Shown: positions 9,429-19,574 of the stretch, piece after piece
How the letters are laid out: the number at the start of each line of letters is the position of its first letter
Position numbering within the stretch: position 1 is the stretch's first letter
Assembly (NCBI GenBank): GCA_943356485.1
Contig: CALRFD010000007.1
Coordinates: forward strand, 1 to 60,859
DNA length: 60,859 nucleotides
Reading direction: 5' to 3'
From: Patescibacteria group bacterium
GTDB taxonomy: Bacteria; Patescibacteriota; Microgenomatia; Daviesbacterales; UBA10151
Made by a program: the position numbers and the translations under genes
Notes under the pieces: generated by a model
The model's database searches: none
What the model was told of the DNA's origin: nothing
Seen by the model: the letters and a program-made list of their open reading frames with translations, nothing else

Positions 9429-9516
9429 CATTCAGTTTACATGAACATGACCTGCATTATTTATTAGAGTAACTATAGGTTGAAAATTAGTCGCTATTCT
9501 GCTATAGTTTAGCCCT

Positions 9517-10215
9517 ATGGAAAGAGATAATGGAGTTATTGCCTTACGGACTAAACCGTTTACAAAGGTTGCCTTAAGACAAAATACGGCTTTAAATGTT
9601 TTATCCCAAAGTACCAGAGAAATATTTAGAGCAAATACCACAATGCTTTTGGAAAACCCTGAAATCCAACTACCGGAAAATAGCGGTTTTAGAAACAGGT
9701 TGGAAAAAGCTAAGGCCGAGACTGATAGCCTAATTGATCCTGGTGGAACATCATTATCCAGCGAAGAACTTAATTTTATTTATAGGCGGTGGGGGAATTT
9801 AACCTTTAACAGGATTGTCGGAAGATTTTTAACTGAAGTTTTTCCTGGTTTCTTAGAAAATAAATCGGAGAGGGAGCCCGGCGTTGTTTGTTTGGGATAT
9901 TGCTTGGATTTAATCAGGATCATCAATCCTAAAGTTGCCTCTTTTGATGCAGGAGTTCAAAGCGTTATTGATGAAATGAAGCATTCGGATTTAATTACTC
10001 CTTTTGTTTTAGGGGCAATGGTAGATGATACTATAAATCTATCTACCAGAAGCAAATCTCCAATCGACTTCCTGGCCGATAAAAAAGGCGCGCTACAATT
10101 TAAAGAGAGCTATCTAAAACTTGCAGACGAAGGTGAAAAACAAGACTTTGAAAGAGGTTTTAAGATAACCCTACATCAACTTTACTTGGATGTACACGGC
10201 ATCTCCTTAAACTAA
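9517..10215 (+). CDS. Hypothetical protein
   Basis: 232-aa ORF with -10-like tatagt just upstream; no recognised motif. Confidence 0.7.
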   Translation: MERDNGVIALRTKPFTKVALRQNTALNVLSQSTREIFRANTTMLLENPEIQLPENSGFRNRLEKAKAETDSLIDPGGTSLSSEELNFIYRRWGNLTFNRIVGRFLTEVFPGFLENKSEREPGVVCLGYCLDLIRIINPKVASFDAGVQSVIDEMKHSDLITPFVLGAMVDDTINLSTRSKSPIDFLADKKGALQFKESYLKLADEGEKQDFERGFKITLHQLYLDVHGISLN

Positions 10216-10301
10216 ACTTTTAATTCCCCCTTGACAAGAAGTGACAATTAGAATAAAAAGAAGAAGTAAAACTCTGCCCCTTTAATCCTGCCTAAAATAA
10301 A

Positions 10302-10982
10302 ATGCCAAGAAAAGCTTCCAAGATCAATAAGAAAAACCGCCCGGAAATTTCTAAATCTGTTAACCTGCAAACCAGCAGTTATTTAGACAAAATAGAAAAC
10401 GAGATTAAATCAAACCAATCTAAGTTGAATATGGTTTTAGGAGCATTGATAGTTTTAGTTATTGGGGTTTTAATATTCAATTATTTTAATAAAAATAAAT
10501 CAGATTTAGGACCTGCTCAAAATACTACCTCTGACCAACAACAAGATGTAGCCTTAAACAATCTACCGGGTAAATATACAGTTAAAGAAGGCGATACCTT
10601 ATTTGATATTGCCATTAAATATTATAATGACGGCTACAAGTATACAGAAATAGCAAAGACAAATAATATAACCAACCCAGACATAGTAACGCCCGGACAA
10701 GTGTTGGAAATACCTAAATTAGAAAGTACAGCTTCAACCCTAGCTTCACCCGTTCCTTCCCAATCACCAGCGGCTGATACGATGGAGGCCTCAAAGAATA
10801 CAACAGAGTGGGGAGCAAAAATCACCGGGGATTCATACACCGTTCAAGCAGGAGACTGGCTCTCAACAATTGCCGGAAGGGCATACGGTGATATTTATGC
10901 TTATGAAAAAATCTCTAAAGCAAATAATATAACTGATCCAAATAACATTGAGATTAATACAGTTATCCAAATCCCCAGATAA
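10302..10982 (+). CDS. Membrane-anchored protein with two LysM domains
   Basis: One TM helix; YTVKEGDTLFDIA and YTVQAGDWLSTIA. Confidence 0.93.
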   Translation: MPRKASKINKKNRPEISKSVNLQTSSYLDKIENEIKSNQSKLNMVLGALIVLVIGVLIFNYFNKNKSDLGPAQNTTSDQQQDVALNNLPGKYTVKEGDTLFDIAIKYYNDGYKYTEIAKTNNITNPDIVTPGQVLEIPKLESTASTLASPVPSQSPAADTMEASKNTTEWGAKITGDSYTVQAGDWLSTIAGRAYGDIYAYEKISKANNITDPNNIEINTVIQIPR

Positions 10983-11029
10983 ATTCCCCTGGTACACAAA
11001 ACATAAAAGGATTATGATAATATTTCTTT

Positions 11030-12655
11030 GTGTTTAAGCTTTTTTTAAAAAACCATCGGCTCAATTTTTTAATCCTTTCGTGCCTTATACTGCTAACCTA
11101 TGCCTATTTTCTAAATAACGCCTTTGTCTCAGACGATATTGCAGAAATTGCTCAAAAGCCTGAGATAGCAAATTTTTCCCATGTGCTGACTATCCCTTTC
11201 GGAGCGATCAGGTTAATTGTTTACTGGATCTGCGCAAATCTAGGCGGGGTTCATCCATTTCTTTTTAGGTTTTCTAATATACTATTCCATCTTTTTTCCG
11301 CTTGCTTTTTATACGCAATATTATTTTTAATCTATAAATCCAAACGTGTGGCTTTTTTTGCCTCTTCTCTCTTTGCCATCCATCCCGGCATCTCAGAAGC
11401 AGTTCTTTGGATCTCCGGTGGAATGTATGCCCAATATACGTTTTTTTACCTATTATCTTTTCTGCTCTATATCTTATCCGACACTTACAAAAAAGCTTAC
11501 TGGTTTTCAGCGCTTGCTTATCTTTTTTCTTTAATGTCCCATCCCGTAATGCCTATACCTTTGTTTATTATTTTTCCGTTATTTGAATTTTGCTTCGGAA
11601 ATTTTAAAAAGAACTGGGTTAAAGTTATTCCTTTCCTACTCCTTGCCATAGTTTACGTTTTCATCAACCTTGGTGCATTACCTGAGAGGGAAACAACTTT
11701 GCAAACAACTCATTACCAGGAAAAGGGGGTAGACAACCCGTTAATGCAAATTCCAATTGCCATCTCTTCATATGCAGAGCTTTTATTTTTCCCAAAAACT
11801 CTAACTCTGTACCATTCCGAACTTAACTTTAGCAGTATATCTTTTAGCATAAGAGCTTTTTTAACTGTTATGTTTTTTGTAGGTCTGGCTGCTGTTTTTA
11901 AAAAAAGCCTGCCGGTTTTTTTCTGGCTGTCTTTTTCAATTATAGCTTTATCTTTCACCCTTACTCCGTTTAGATTAAACTGGATCGTAGCTGAAAGATA
12001 TCTATATTTACCTAGCATTGGGATTTTTACTTTAGTTTCTTTGGGATTAGATAAGTTAATTTCTAAAAAACAAAACCTGAAAACCACTATCTATATAATT
12101 TTTGTAGTAGCAATAGTTTTACTGTCAACAAGAACTTTTCTCCGCGGAATTGACTGGGAAAACGAGGATAACCTTTGGATTGCCACCGGCAAGACCTCTC
12201 CCTCATCCCCAAATACCCACAACAATTTAGGTGATGTCTACGGAAGAGCAGGTGATAAACAAGCGGCTCTAAAGGAATTTCAAAGAGCGATCGATCTAAA
12301 ACCTAACTATGCTGATGCTTTTCATAACTTAGCAAATACTTACCAGGAGTTGGGGCAAAGTGATAAAGCGCTTGAAAATTATCAAAAGGCTGCTCAAATA
12401 AACCCGAGTCTTTGGCAATCTTATCAAAATATAGCTGCTTTATACTTTCAGTCTAAACAATACGATTTGGCTTTGGTAAATATCCAAAAAGCCATCTCCA
12501 TCAACCCTAAAAATATTAATTTGTACAATAATTTGGGGATCATTTATCTGTTAAAAGGAGACCGGGCTCACGCCAAAGAAATTTTTAACCAGGTATTAAC
12601 TGCTGATTCGCAAAATGAGCTGGCTAAGCGGGGACTAATCGAAGCAGGTAAATAA
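11030..12655 (+). CDS. TMTC-like GT-C membrane protein with C-terminal TPRs
   Basis: FVSDD, AERYLYLPS, multiple TMs, TPR repeats (HNNLG.VY). Confidence 0.85.
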   Translation: MFKLFLKNHRLNFLILSCLILLTYAYFLNNAFVSDDIAEIAQKPEIANFSHVLTIPFGAIRLIVYWICANLGGVHPFLFRFSNILFHLFSACFLYAILFLIYKSKRVAFFASSLFAIHPGISEAVLWISGGMYAQYTFFYLLSFLLYILSDTYKKAYWFSALAYLFSLMSHPVMPIPLFIIFPLFEFCFGNFKKNWVKVIPFLLLAIVYVFINLGALPERETTLQTTHYQEKGVDNPLMQIPIAISSYAELLFFPKTLTLYHSELNFSSISFSIRAFLTVMFFVGLAAVFKKSLPVFFWLSFSIIALSFTLTPFRLNWIVAERYLYLPSIGIFTLVSLGLDKLISKKQNLKTTIYIIFVVAIVLLSTRTFLRGIDWENEDNLWIATGKTSPSSPNTHNNLGDVYGRAGDKQAALKEFQRAIDLKPNYADAFHNLANTYQELGQSDKALENYQKAAQINPSLWQSYQNIAALYFQSKQYDLALVNIQKAISINPKNINLYNNLGIIYLLKGDRAHAKEIFNQVLTADSQNELAKRGLIEAGK

Positions 12656-12661
12656 ATTTGG

Positions 12662-13267
12662 TTAGGGTTTAGCTTCTTCATCACGCATATGCTCTCTTAC
12701 TACGTCTTTTTCTATATCTGCATCCGTACATAAATCTTTTAGCAGTTTAAAATACCTGTGCGGGTTATGAATATAGTTTAGATAATAGTATTTATATACT
12801 CCCCGGTCAAAAATGCTTAAAGATCCAAAGTTAAAAATTTTTCCCAGTAAACTTTGTTGTATTCCAACTGAGCGGATATGACCAAAATCATACACATCGA
12901 CTTTACGCCAAACAATACCCCGCCTGTAGACTACCTGTTTTGGTGTTATTTCATAATATTCATTTAACCACTGAAAAACTACGTATAATGTAATCATAAT
13001 TTTAAGTCCGGCCAGCACCAAAAAGTAAGTAGCGCTATTTGAGATCAAAGACACTTTTAAGTCTTCTGATAAAGAGGGCACTGATAGTACTCCAAAAAAT
13101 ACCAAAGCAGTTGCAGTGGCTAAAATATCTAACAAAATCACCTTTAATATTAAAAAGACAATGCTGGTGCGGACATTAACATGCGTCACTTCAAAGGTAT
13201 CTTTTGAATCCTTTTTGATTGGAAGGCTAATTGGGTCTTCAGATGGTGTTAAGTTAGTTTTATCCAT
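12662..13267 (-). CDS. Membrane protein with bacterial PH domain
   Basis: Two TMs, then YEIT..V....G and QSLLGKIFNFG. Confidence 0.75.
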   Translation of the reverse strand: MDKTNLTPSEDPISLPIKKDSKDTFEVTHVNVRTSIVFLILKVILLDILATATALVFFGVLSVPSLSEDLKVSLISNSATYFLVLAGLKIMITLYVVFQWLNEYYEITPKQVVYRRGIVWRKVDVYDFGHIRSVGIQQSLLGKIFNFGSLSIFDRGVYKYYYLNYIHNPHRYFKLLKDLCTDADIEKDVVREHMRDEEAKP

Positions 13268-13343
13268 TTAAATTAATAATGACATATCTGACGTTAAAAA
13301 ACAAAGCTGTCTTAAAGTACTTATTCAGAGTTTCCCGGCATCT

Positions 13344-13414
13344 GTCATTCTGGAGCGTAGCGATAGAATCCAAAAGATCCTATCAGTCGGCTTTTAGCCT
13401 CCTTCCAGGATGAC
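13344..13414. repeat. Palindromic element with gtcatt...gatgac ends
   Basis: Terminal stem gtcattctgga/tccaggatgac; internal gagcgtagcga and gaatc..gatcc. Confidence 0.7.
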
Positions 13415-13509
13415 TACTCGGAAGAACTGAATAGTTACGTCTTAAAGGATCATAAATATTTACAAATAACTTCGGATCTGTCATTATGATAGCCAGGAGG
13501 TGATGAAAA

Positions 13510-13650
13510 ATGATGGGATATGGAACTTGGGGAGGATATGGCATGATGAACTCTGGTATTGGAATTATAGGATCTATTTTTTGGTTGGTAATCTTAGGTG
13601 ACCTGATTCTTTTAGGTATCTGGCTTTGGAAACACATTCAAGGCAAGTAG
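13510..13650 (+). CDS. Small membrane protein (46 aa, below ORF-track cutoff)
   Basis: SD aggaggtga at 13495-13503; MMGYGTWGGYGMMNSGIGIIGSIFWLVILGDLILLGIWLWKHIQGK*. Confidence 0.85.
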   Translation: MMGYGTWGGYGMMNSGIGIIGSIFWLVILGDLILLGIWLWKHIQGK

Positions 13651-13685
13651 ATAAAATCGGGCTGTTTATGGCATAATCCTAAAAT

Positions 13686-16085
13686 ATGAACAAACAAAGG
13701 TTTATCATCCCTTTTGAAAACCTAACAATTAAAGATGTAGCGGAAGTAGGCGGTAAAAACGCTTCATTGGGCGAGATGATCGGAGCGCTTTCCAAAAAAG
13801 GGGTCAGAGTTCCTTCCGGTTATGCAGTTTCTGCTGATGCCTACAAAACCTACCTGTTGGAAACAGGCTTAGGCAGTTATATCAAGAAACAACTAACTGA
13901 TCTTAAAGCTGATAATTTAGATAAGCTAAATGAGGTTTCAAAAAATATCCGTGAGAGATTTTTGCAGACCCCTTTTCCAAAAGAAATTGAACAGGAGATA
14001 AAAAATGCCCATAAAACAGCTGAGAAACAATACGGCCATCTATCCGATTTTGCCGTCCGCTCAAGCGCAACGGCTGAAGACCTGCCTACCGCCTCTTTTG
14101 CCGGCGAGCATGAAACTTATTTAAACGTCAGGGGAGAAGAAAATATCCTGCAGGCTGTCAGAAAAGCTATGGCTTCACTTTTTACTCCCAGGGCAATCGT
14201 TTATAGGATCGAAAAAGGATTTAACCATCTGTCAGTTTACTTATCAGTCGGTGTCCAGAAAATGATCCGGTCAGATTTGGCATCATCCGGAGTTATGTTT
14301 ACCTTAGATACAGAATCCGGGTTTGCAGATACGATTATTATAAATGGCGCCTGGGGTTTAGGCGAAATGGTTGTCCAGGGTAAGGTTACGCCGGATGAAT
14401 TTATTGTATTTAAAAAAACTCTGGGTCAAAAAAATAATGGTAAAGAATATATGCCAATCATTAAGAAAAAACTAAGCCCTAAGTTATCGAAAATGGTCTA
14501 TACAGAAAATGGGACAAAGGTCATTGAAACAAACCGCAAGGAGCAATCTAAATTTGTTTTAACCGATCAGGAGATTTTAACTTTAGCCAAGTGGGCGTTG
14601 GAGGTTGAAAAACATTATTCAAGTAAGAATAAACACTGGACTCCGATGGATCTGGAATGGGCAAAAGATGGACAAAATAATCAACTGTACATTGTTCAAG
14701 CCAGACCGGAAACAGTTAATTCACAAAAAGACTTCTCTAAGGTCAAAGAATATGTAAAAAAAGAGGGTGGGGAAAAAATACTTAGCGGCGCCTCTGTTGG
14801 ATCAAAAATTACCTCCGGCATTGTCCGTGTTATTGACAGTCCAAAACAAATTAATGATTTCAAAACTGGAGACATATTAGTCACCACTATCACTGACCCT
14901 GACTGGGGTCCGATTATGAAGATGTCTTCTGCAATCATTACCGACAAAGGCGGCCGTACTTCGCACGCGGCAATTGTAGCCAGGGAGCTCGGAATTCCGG
15001 CTGTTGTTGGCTGTGGCAACGCGACCAAAATTTTAAAAACAGGAGATAAAATTACCGTTGATACTACCGGCTCGGATGGAATAATTTATAAAGGTATTCT
15101 AAAATTTGAAATCATTGAACATAGTATCTCTAAAATCCCAACTACCAAAACCCACATCATGGTTAATATTGCCTCACCGGATATTGCATTTGAGAAGTCT
15201 TTCTTACCAAATAAAGGTGTCGGGTTAGCCCGTGAAGAATTTATTATTAGTTCTGAAATTGGTATTCATCCCCTAGCACTTATTAATTATGAAAGATTGG
15301 AACTTAAGTTAAGAAATAAGATTGATAAAAAAACTTTGGGTTATGAAGATAAAGTAAAATTCTATGTTGATAATCTATCGTATGGCATTGCGCAAATCGC
15401 AGCCGCTTTTTATCCAAACCCGGTGATCCTGCGTTTTTCTGATTTTAAGACTAATGAATACCGTGAACTTTTAGGCGGTGAGGCTTATGAACCTTTGGAG
15501 GAAAATCCCATGCTTGGCTGGAGAGGAGCTTCCCGCTACTATGATAAAGAATTTCTTCCCGCTTTTAAATTAGAAGTCGAGGCCGTAAAAAAAGTCCGGG
15601 ATGAGATGGGTTTAACTAATTTAATGGTTATGATCCCCTTTTGCAGAACTCCGGAGGAGGGAAGCATGGTCGTCAAGCTCCTTTATGATTTTGGGCTGAA
15701 AAGAGAAAATAGTTTAAAAATTTATGTGATGTGTGAGATTCCATCCAATGTTATATTGGCAGATCAATTTTTGGATATATTTGACGGAATGAGCATCGGG
15801 TCAAATGATTTAACCCAACTTACATTAGGGATAGACCGCGATGGAAATGAAAAAATTAGAAGTATCTCCAACGAAAACAACCAGGCTGTTAAAGATTTGA
15901 TAAAACAGGTTGTAACTACTTGTAAAAAACGGGGAAAATATATCGGCATCTGCGGGCAGGCTCCATCTGATCATCCGGATTTTGCAGCCTTTTTAGTTAA
16001 ATGCGGAATTGACAGCATCTCTTTAAACCCTGATACTTTAATTGCCACCACATTTGAAATTTATAAAGCAGAAAAAAATATATGA
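13686..16085 (+). CDS. ppsA: Phosphoenolpyruvate synthase
   Basis: VGGKNASLGEM, AVRSSATAEDL, GGRTSHAAIVARELG, SIGSNDLTQ, GICGQAPSD. Confidence 0.97.
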   Translation: MNKQRFIIPFENLTIKDVAEVGGKNASLGEMIGALSKKGVRVPSGYAVSADAYKTYLLETGLGSYIKKQLTDLKADNLDKLNEVSKNIRERFLQTPFPKEIEQEIKNAHKTAEKQYGHLSDFAVRSSATAEDLPTASFAGEHETYLNVRGEENILQAVRKAMASLFTPRAIVYRIEKGFNHLSVYLSVGVQKMIRSDLASSGVMFTLDTESGFADTIIINGAWGLGEMVVQGKVTPDEFIVFKKTLGQKNNGKEYMPIIKKKLSPKLSKMVYTENGTKVIETNRKEQSKFVLTDQEILTLAKWALEVEKHYSSKNKHWTPMDLEWAKDGQNNQLYIVQARPETVNSQKDFSKVKEYVKKEGGEKILSGASVGSKITSGIVRVIDSPKQINDFKTGDILVTTITDPDWGPIMKMSSAIITDKGGRTSHAAIVARELGIPAVVGCGNATKILKTGDKITVDTTGSDGIIYKGILKFEIIEHSISKIPTTKTHIMVNIASPDIAFEKSFLPNKGVGLAREEFIISSEIGIHPLALINYERLELKLRNKIDKKTLGYEDKVKFYVDNLSYGIAQIAAAFYPNPVILRFSDFKTNEYRELLGGEAYEPLEENPMLGWRGASRYYDKEFLPAFKLEVEAVKKVRDEMGLTNLMVMIPFCRTPEEGSMVVKLLYDFGLKRENSLKIYVMCEIPSNVILADQFLDIFDGMSIGSNDLTQLTLGIDRDGNEKIRSISNENNQAVKDLIKQVVTTCKKRGKYIGICGQAPSDHPDFAAFLVKCGIDSISLNPDTLIATTFEIYKAEKNI

Positions 16086-17086
16086 AAATTGCCTTTTTTG
16101 AAATTAAAGATGAAGAAAAAAAGCTTAGTCTTAAAGGTGGCCTTAAGGAACACGAGTTAACTTTTTTTGAACAAAGCCTGACTCCTGAAAATTTGCCGGA
16201 GCAAAGCGACTTTGAGATAATTTCTACTTTTGTTAATTGCCAAGTTGACCAAAGTGTCATAGATTATTTTCCTTCATTAAAATTAATCACGCTGAGAGCT
16301 ACAGGATTTGATAATATCGATATAAAGGCGGCAAAAGAAAGGGACATTAAAGTTACTAATGTTCCATCCTACGGCTCTCATACTGTAGCTGAATTTACTT
16401 TCTCCTTAATGCTATCACTTTCCCGTAAAATCCCCCAGGCAGTACAAAAATTAAAATCAACCGGTGAATTTGAGTTTGAAAATTTAAGAGGAATGGATAT
16501 ACATGGTAAGGTTTTAGGGGTTATCGGTACCGGCAAAATTGGTTTAAACGTCATAAAAATCGCCAAAGCTTTTGAGATGGAAGTTTACGCCTTTGACCCC
16601 TATCCAAATAATACAGCTGCCGGTGATCTGGGATTTAAATATCTGCCGCTTGAGGAGCTGCTGCCTTTATCTGATATTGTCACAATCCATGCGCCTTTAA
16701 ATGAAACCACACATCATCTGATAAATGAAGAAAATATTTTCAAAATGAAAAAAGGTAGCCTTTTGATAAATACTGCCAGGGGCGGAATTATCGCCACAGA
16801 TGCTTTATTTAAAGCCATTACCAAAAACCACTTGGCAGGAGCTGCCTTGGATGTTTTAGAAGGGGAAAAAGATTTAAAAGAAGAGCTGGAAGTATTTTCA
16901 AAAAACTATCCTCAGGATTTAAAAACGATGTTAGAAAACCATATCCTCTTAGACCTTGAACAGGTCATAATTACTCCGCACATGGCCTTTTATACCAAAG
17001 AGGCAGAAGCAGCTATCCAACAAACAACTATTGATAATATTAACTCTTTTATCCTGGGAAAACCGGTTAATTTAGTTAGCGGATAA
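16082..17086 (+). CDS. ldhA: D-lactate / D-2-hydroxyacid dehydrogenase
   Basis: GVIGTGKIG, INTARG, ALDVLEGE, TPHMAFYT; overlaps ppsA stop. Confidence 0.85.
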   Translation: MKIAFFEIKDEEKKLSLKGGLKEHELTFFEQSLTPENLPEQSDFEIISTFVNCQVDQSVIDYFPSLKLITLRATGFDNIDIKAAKERDIKVTNVPSYGSHTVAEFTFSLMLSLSRKIPQAVQKLKSTGEFEFENLRGMDIHGKVLGVIGTGKIGLNVIKIAKAFEMEVYAFDPYPNNTAAGDLGFKYLPLEELLPLSDIVTIHAPLNETTHHLINEENIFKMKKGSLLINTARGGIIATDALFKAITKNHLAGAALDVLEGEKDLKEELEVFSKNYPQDLKTMLENHILLDLEQVIITPHMAFYTKEAEAAIQQTTIDNINSFILGKPVNLVSG

Positions 17087-17171
17087 ATTAATAATTCTTG
17101 TATATAAGATCGACCTTTGATAATATAACGAAAGAACTACTGCCCTAACTTCTGCCCCGCTTAAATTTATA

Positions 17172-17768
17172 ATGAATCCTGAAAAATTAGTCGCAAAAGC
17201 TAGAAAAATAAAAGAAGATCTTGTTTCAGGCTTAGATCCATTGATGAACAAAGATTCAATGTTAACTCTAGGTGGTGTTGGTGGTTTTGTTACATTAAAA
17301 ATTGCGACATTAGCCTTAACAAAAGCTCATATCCCAGAACCGCATGACTTAGCTACTTTAGTTACTACTTTACCTTTTGCTTATCCTATTTTTAAAGGTG
17401 CGGCCAGGAATTTGCGGGAATATTTTTCCGGTGGAAAAACCCTTCGCCTTGCCCAAACAGGTAACGATATAAATCATATGACTTCTGCAGGTGTTAGTTT
17501 ACATTTTGCAGGCGAGTATGCTCAAATTCTGGCTTATGCCTTAGGGGGATCTGACTTTGGGCAGGGATTCTATTATGGTAGCGATCTGAAGCAATTTCTC
17601 ACTGATCCATATCTGATTCCTTTTTGGTCACTTAATATTCCCGGCTTTTATTTAATGGGAAAAAGTTTGGTATCCCAAGCAAGAAGTTGCATTGGCGGGG
17701 TAAGAGAACAGATACAATGGACACGTGCTTTATTCAAACAAAAACCAGATCACCTAGAACCTAAATAA
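17172..17768 (+). CDS. Hypothetical protein, probably membrane-associated
   Basis: 198-aa ORF with hydrophobic segments. Confidence 0.65.
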   Translation: MNPEKLVAKARKIKEDLVSGLDPLMNKDSMLTLGGVGGFVTLKIATLALTKAHIPEPHDLATLVTTLPFAYPIFKGAARNLREYFSGGKTLRLAQTGNDINHMTSAGVSLHFAGEYAQILAYALGGSDFGQGFYYGSDLKQFLTDPYLIPFWSLNIPGFYLMGKSLVSQARSCIGGVREQIQWTRALFKQKPDHLEPK

Positions 17769-17775
17769 ATAAAAA

Positions 17776-18444
17776 TTAAGGATGGCTTTTTAACTTTGTT
17801 CTAACATATAGATCACAAGCTATACTTTTACCAGCATATTTATCTCTTAATATAAATTCCGGATCTGGATTTTTTACAACTGAATGTTTTCCCCATTTTT
17901 TATCATAAAAATCAGTCATTTCTGGGTTTTTTGGGAAAGTGTTTAAGACTTGAATAATTGAATCATATTTATCTACCAGATCATGCAGATTGTTAACTTT
18001 AAATCGAAACCATTTTTCATAAACTTTAGTATTTTTACCTAAATCTAAAGGAAAATCATAAGCATAACTTAATTTGCTTCCCTGATTGTCTACGTAAAAA
18101 CATACAAAAGGTATAGAATAAGGTTCTATTCCTTCAATTCTTGGCACACCATCTCTGCCATACCAAAAAGAAACAGAACCTTTATTTTGAACTTCCAAAG
18201 TTACAATACTATCTCCCTCCCAAAGCATAAATTTAGTAACCTTTATTTGGGGAATATTGGCAATTTCTGCATGGAACTTTTTATCAATAATAGATTCATA
18301 GTATTTATCTAAAACAAAAAATCTTAAGTAAAAATAACCTACTGCACATACTGCTAGAAGCGAAATTATGCCAAACGCAAGAAAAATAGAATGGATTAGT
18401 GGATCTTTCTTAAACCAACTTGATAAATTATTAAGAATTAACAT
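17776..18444 (-). CDS. Hypothetical protein with N-terminal TM anchor
   Basis: 222-aa ORF, single TM near the start. Confidence 0.7.
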   Translation of the reverse strand: MLILNNLSSWFKKDPLIHSIFLAFGIISLLAVCAVGYFYLRFFVLDKYYESIIDKKFHAEIANIPQIKVTKFMLWEGDSIVTLEVQNKGSVSFWYGRDGVPRIEGIEPYSIPFVCFYVDNQGSKLSYAYDFPLDLGKNTKVYEKWFRFKVNNLHDLVDKYDSIIQVLNTFPKNPEMTDFYDKKWGKHSVVKNPDPEFILRDKYAGKSIACDLYVRTKLKSHP

Positions 18445-18543
18445 AAAATTAAGTACTCAACTTTACCTCATACATAAATTATAACATTCTAAATATCTTC
18501 CCAATGAAGCAAAGAAGGAAAACTTAGGTGTTTGGAGTAATAA

Positions 18544-19431
18544 TTAAGCTACTGTTGCTTGGCTTGGTCCCCCATAGATTCTTCTCTGATCTGATCCTTT
18601 GATAGTTTGCCCTCCATCCAAAATTCCATCATTATGCGTAACTTCTACCCATCCACCAGACATTAATTGTTGATAGCTTTCTTGATTAATTGGATAAAAA
18701 GAAGGCATAACAGTATGCACATTTCCATCTTCTCGCTTTATTAAAGTTGGGTTGGTGGGATCAAAAATGAAATAATTAGTGTCTCCTTTAATGACTGTAT
18801 AAACATGGCCTCCTTCGTCGCCCTTTTCTGGTGACTCTAACCTGCATTTAGTAGACGCCACTAGCTCGCTTTCATAACCTAAAAAACTTAAAAGATTTTG
18901 AGCAACGGCTCCTTTTTCTGCGCAGACAGCAATGCCTTTACCTTTTAGTTCATTAAGATGGATATCATCAGATTCTGCAGTACTTCTTTTCATATAAAAC
19001 GCTCTATTATTATTTTCTGTGTTATTTGAGCTCCAATGATTACCAAAATAATTTCCAATGGTTCTTAAAACCGCATAAGGCGCAATATCCCTTAGACTCT
19101 TCTCGCTCCACCCAGGAGCATCTTTAAATTCCTTAAATGTATCTATAAGAAGTTTATAAGCCTCAGGATCATCCACCATAAATGGATCAACGAAAAAAGT
19201 TCTTCTTATTCTTGACTCCGGGTTTAAAAATCCTTTTCTTGGTCTGGATAAAAGAGAGAATTCTCTTGGGGCGCTTTGCTCAGTCAAAAGTTTTAAACGC
19301 TCATCGATAAATTCTGCTGTTTTTGCTTGTCTCTCATCCTGGTCTTGTATTTTAAGAAGATCATCTATTTGAGACAGAACCTGATCTCTATTAAAAATAG
19401 CCGCGTCCTTATTTTCTACAGTATTATCCAT
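18544..19431 (-). CDS. Transglutaminase/papain-like Cys-His-Asp protein
   Basis: AVCAEKG, GGHVYTV, IFDPTNP in triad order. Confidence 0.7.
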   Translation of the reverse strand: MDNTVENKDAAIFNRDQVLSQIDDLLKIQDQDERQAKTAEFIDERLKLLTEQSAPREFSLLSRPRKGFLNPESRIRRTFFVDPFMVDDPEAYKLLIDTFKEFKDAPGWSEKSLRDIAPYAVLRTIGNYFGNHWSSNNTENNNRAFYMKRSTAESDDIHLNELKGKGIAVCAEKGAVAQNLLSFLGYESELVASTKCRLESPEKGDEGGHVYTVIKGDTNYFIFDPTNPTLIKREDGNVHTVMPSFYPINQESYQQLMSGGWVEVTHNDGILDGGQTIKGSDQRRIYGGPSQATVA

Positions 19432-19574
19432 GGCATTGTCTAATTAATTTTACATCAAATTCTCTGTTTTGATCCCACTTTAAGGGAGCCAATTAAATTT
19501 GGATCATCTAATATCTCTTCTGACATACCAGTTTAATTATACTCTTTTACTCAGCTAAGTTTTATATATTTTTA

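Noticed and set aside
9432-9641. 69-aa minus-strand ORF
   Set aside because: Overlaps the longer plus-strand ORF at 9517; no motif.
13383-13637. 84-aa minus-strand ORF
   Set aside because: Antisense to the SD-supported 46-aa peptide and runs into a palindromic repeat.
13686-17086. ppsA-ldhA pair as a novelty
   Set aside because: Consistent with the ordinary fermentative metabolism expected of CPR bacteria.
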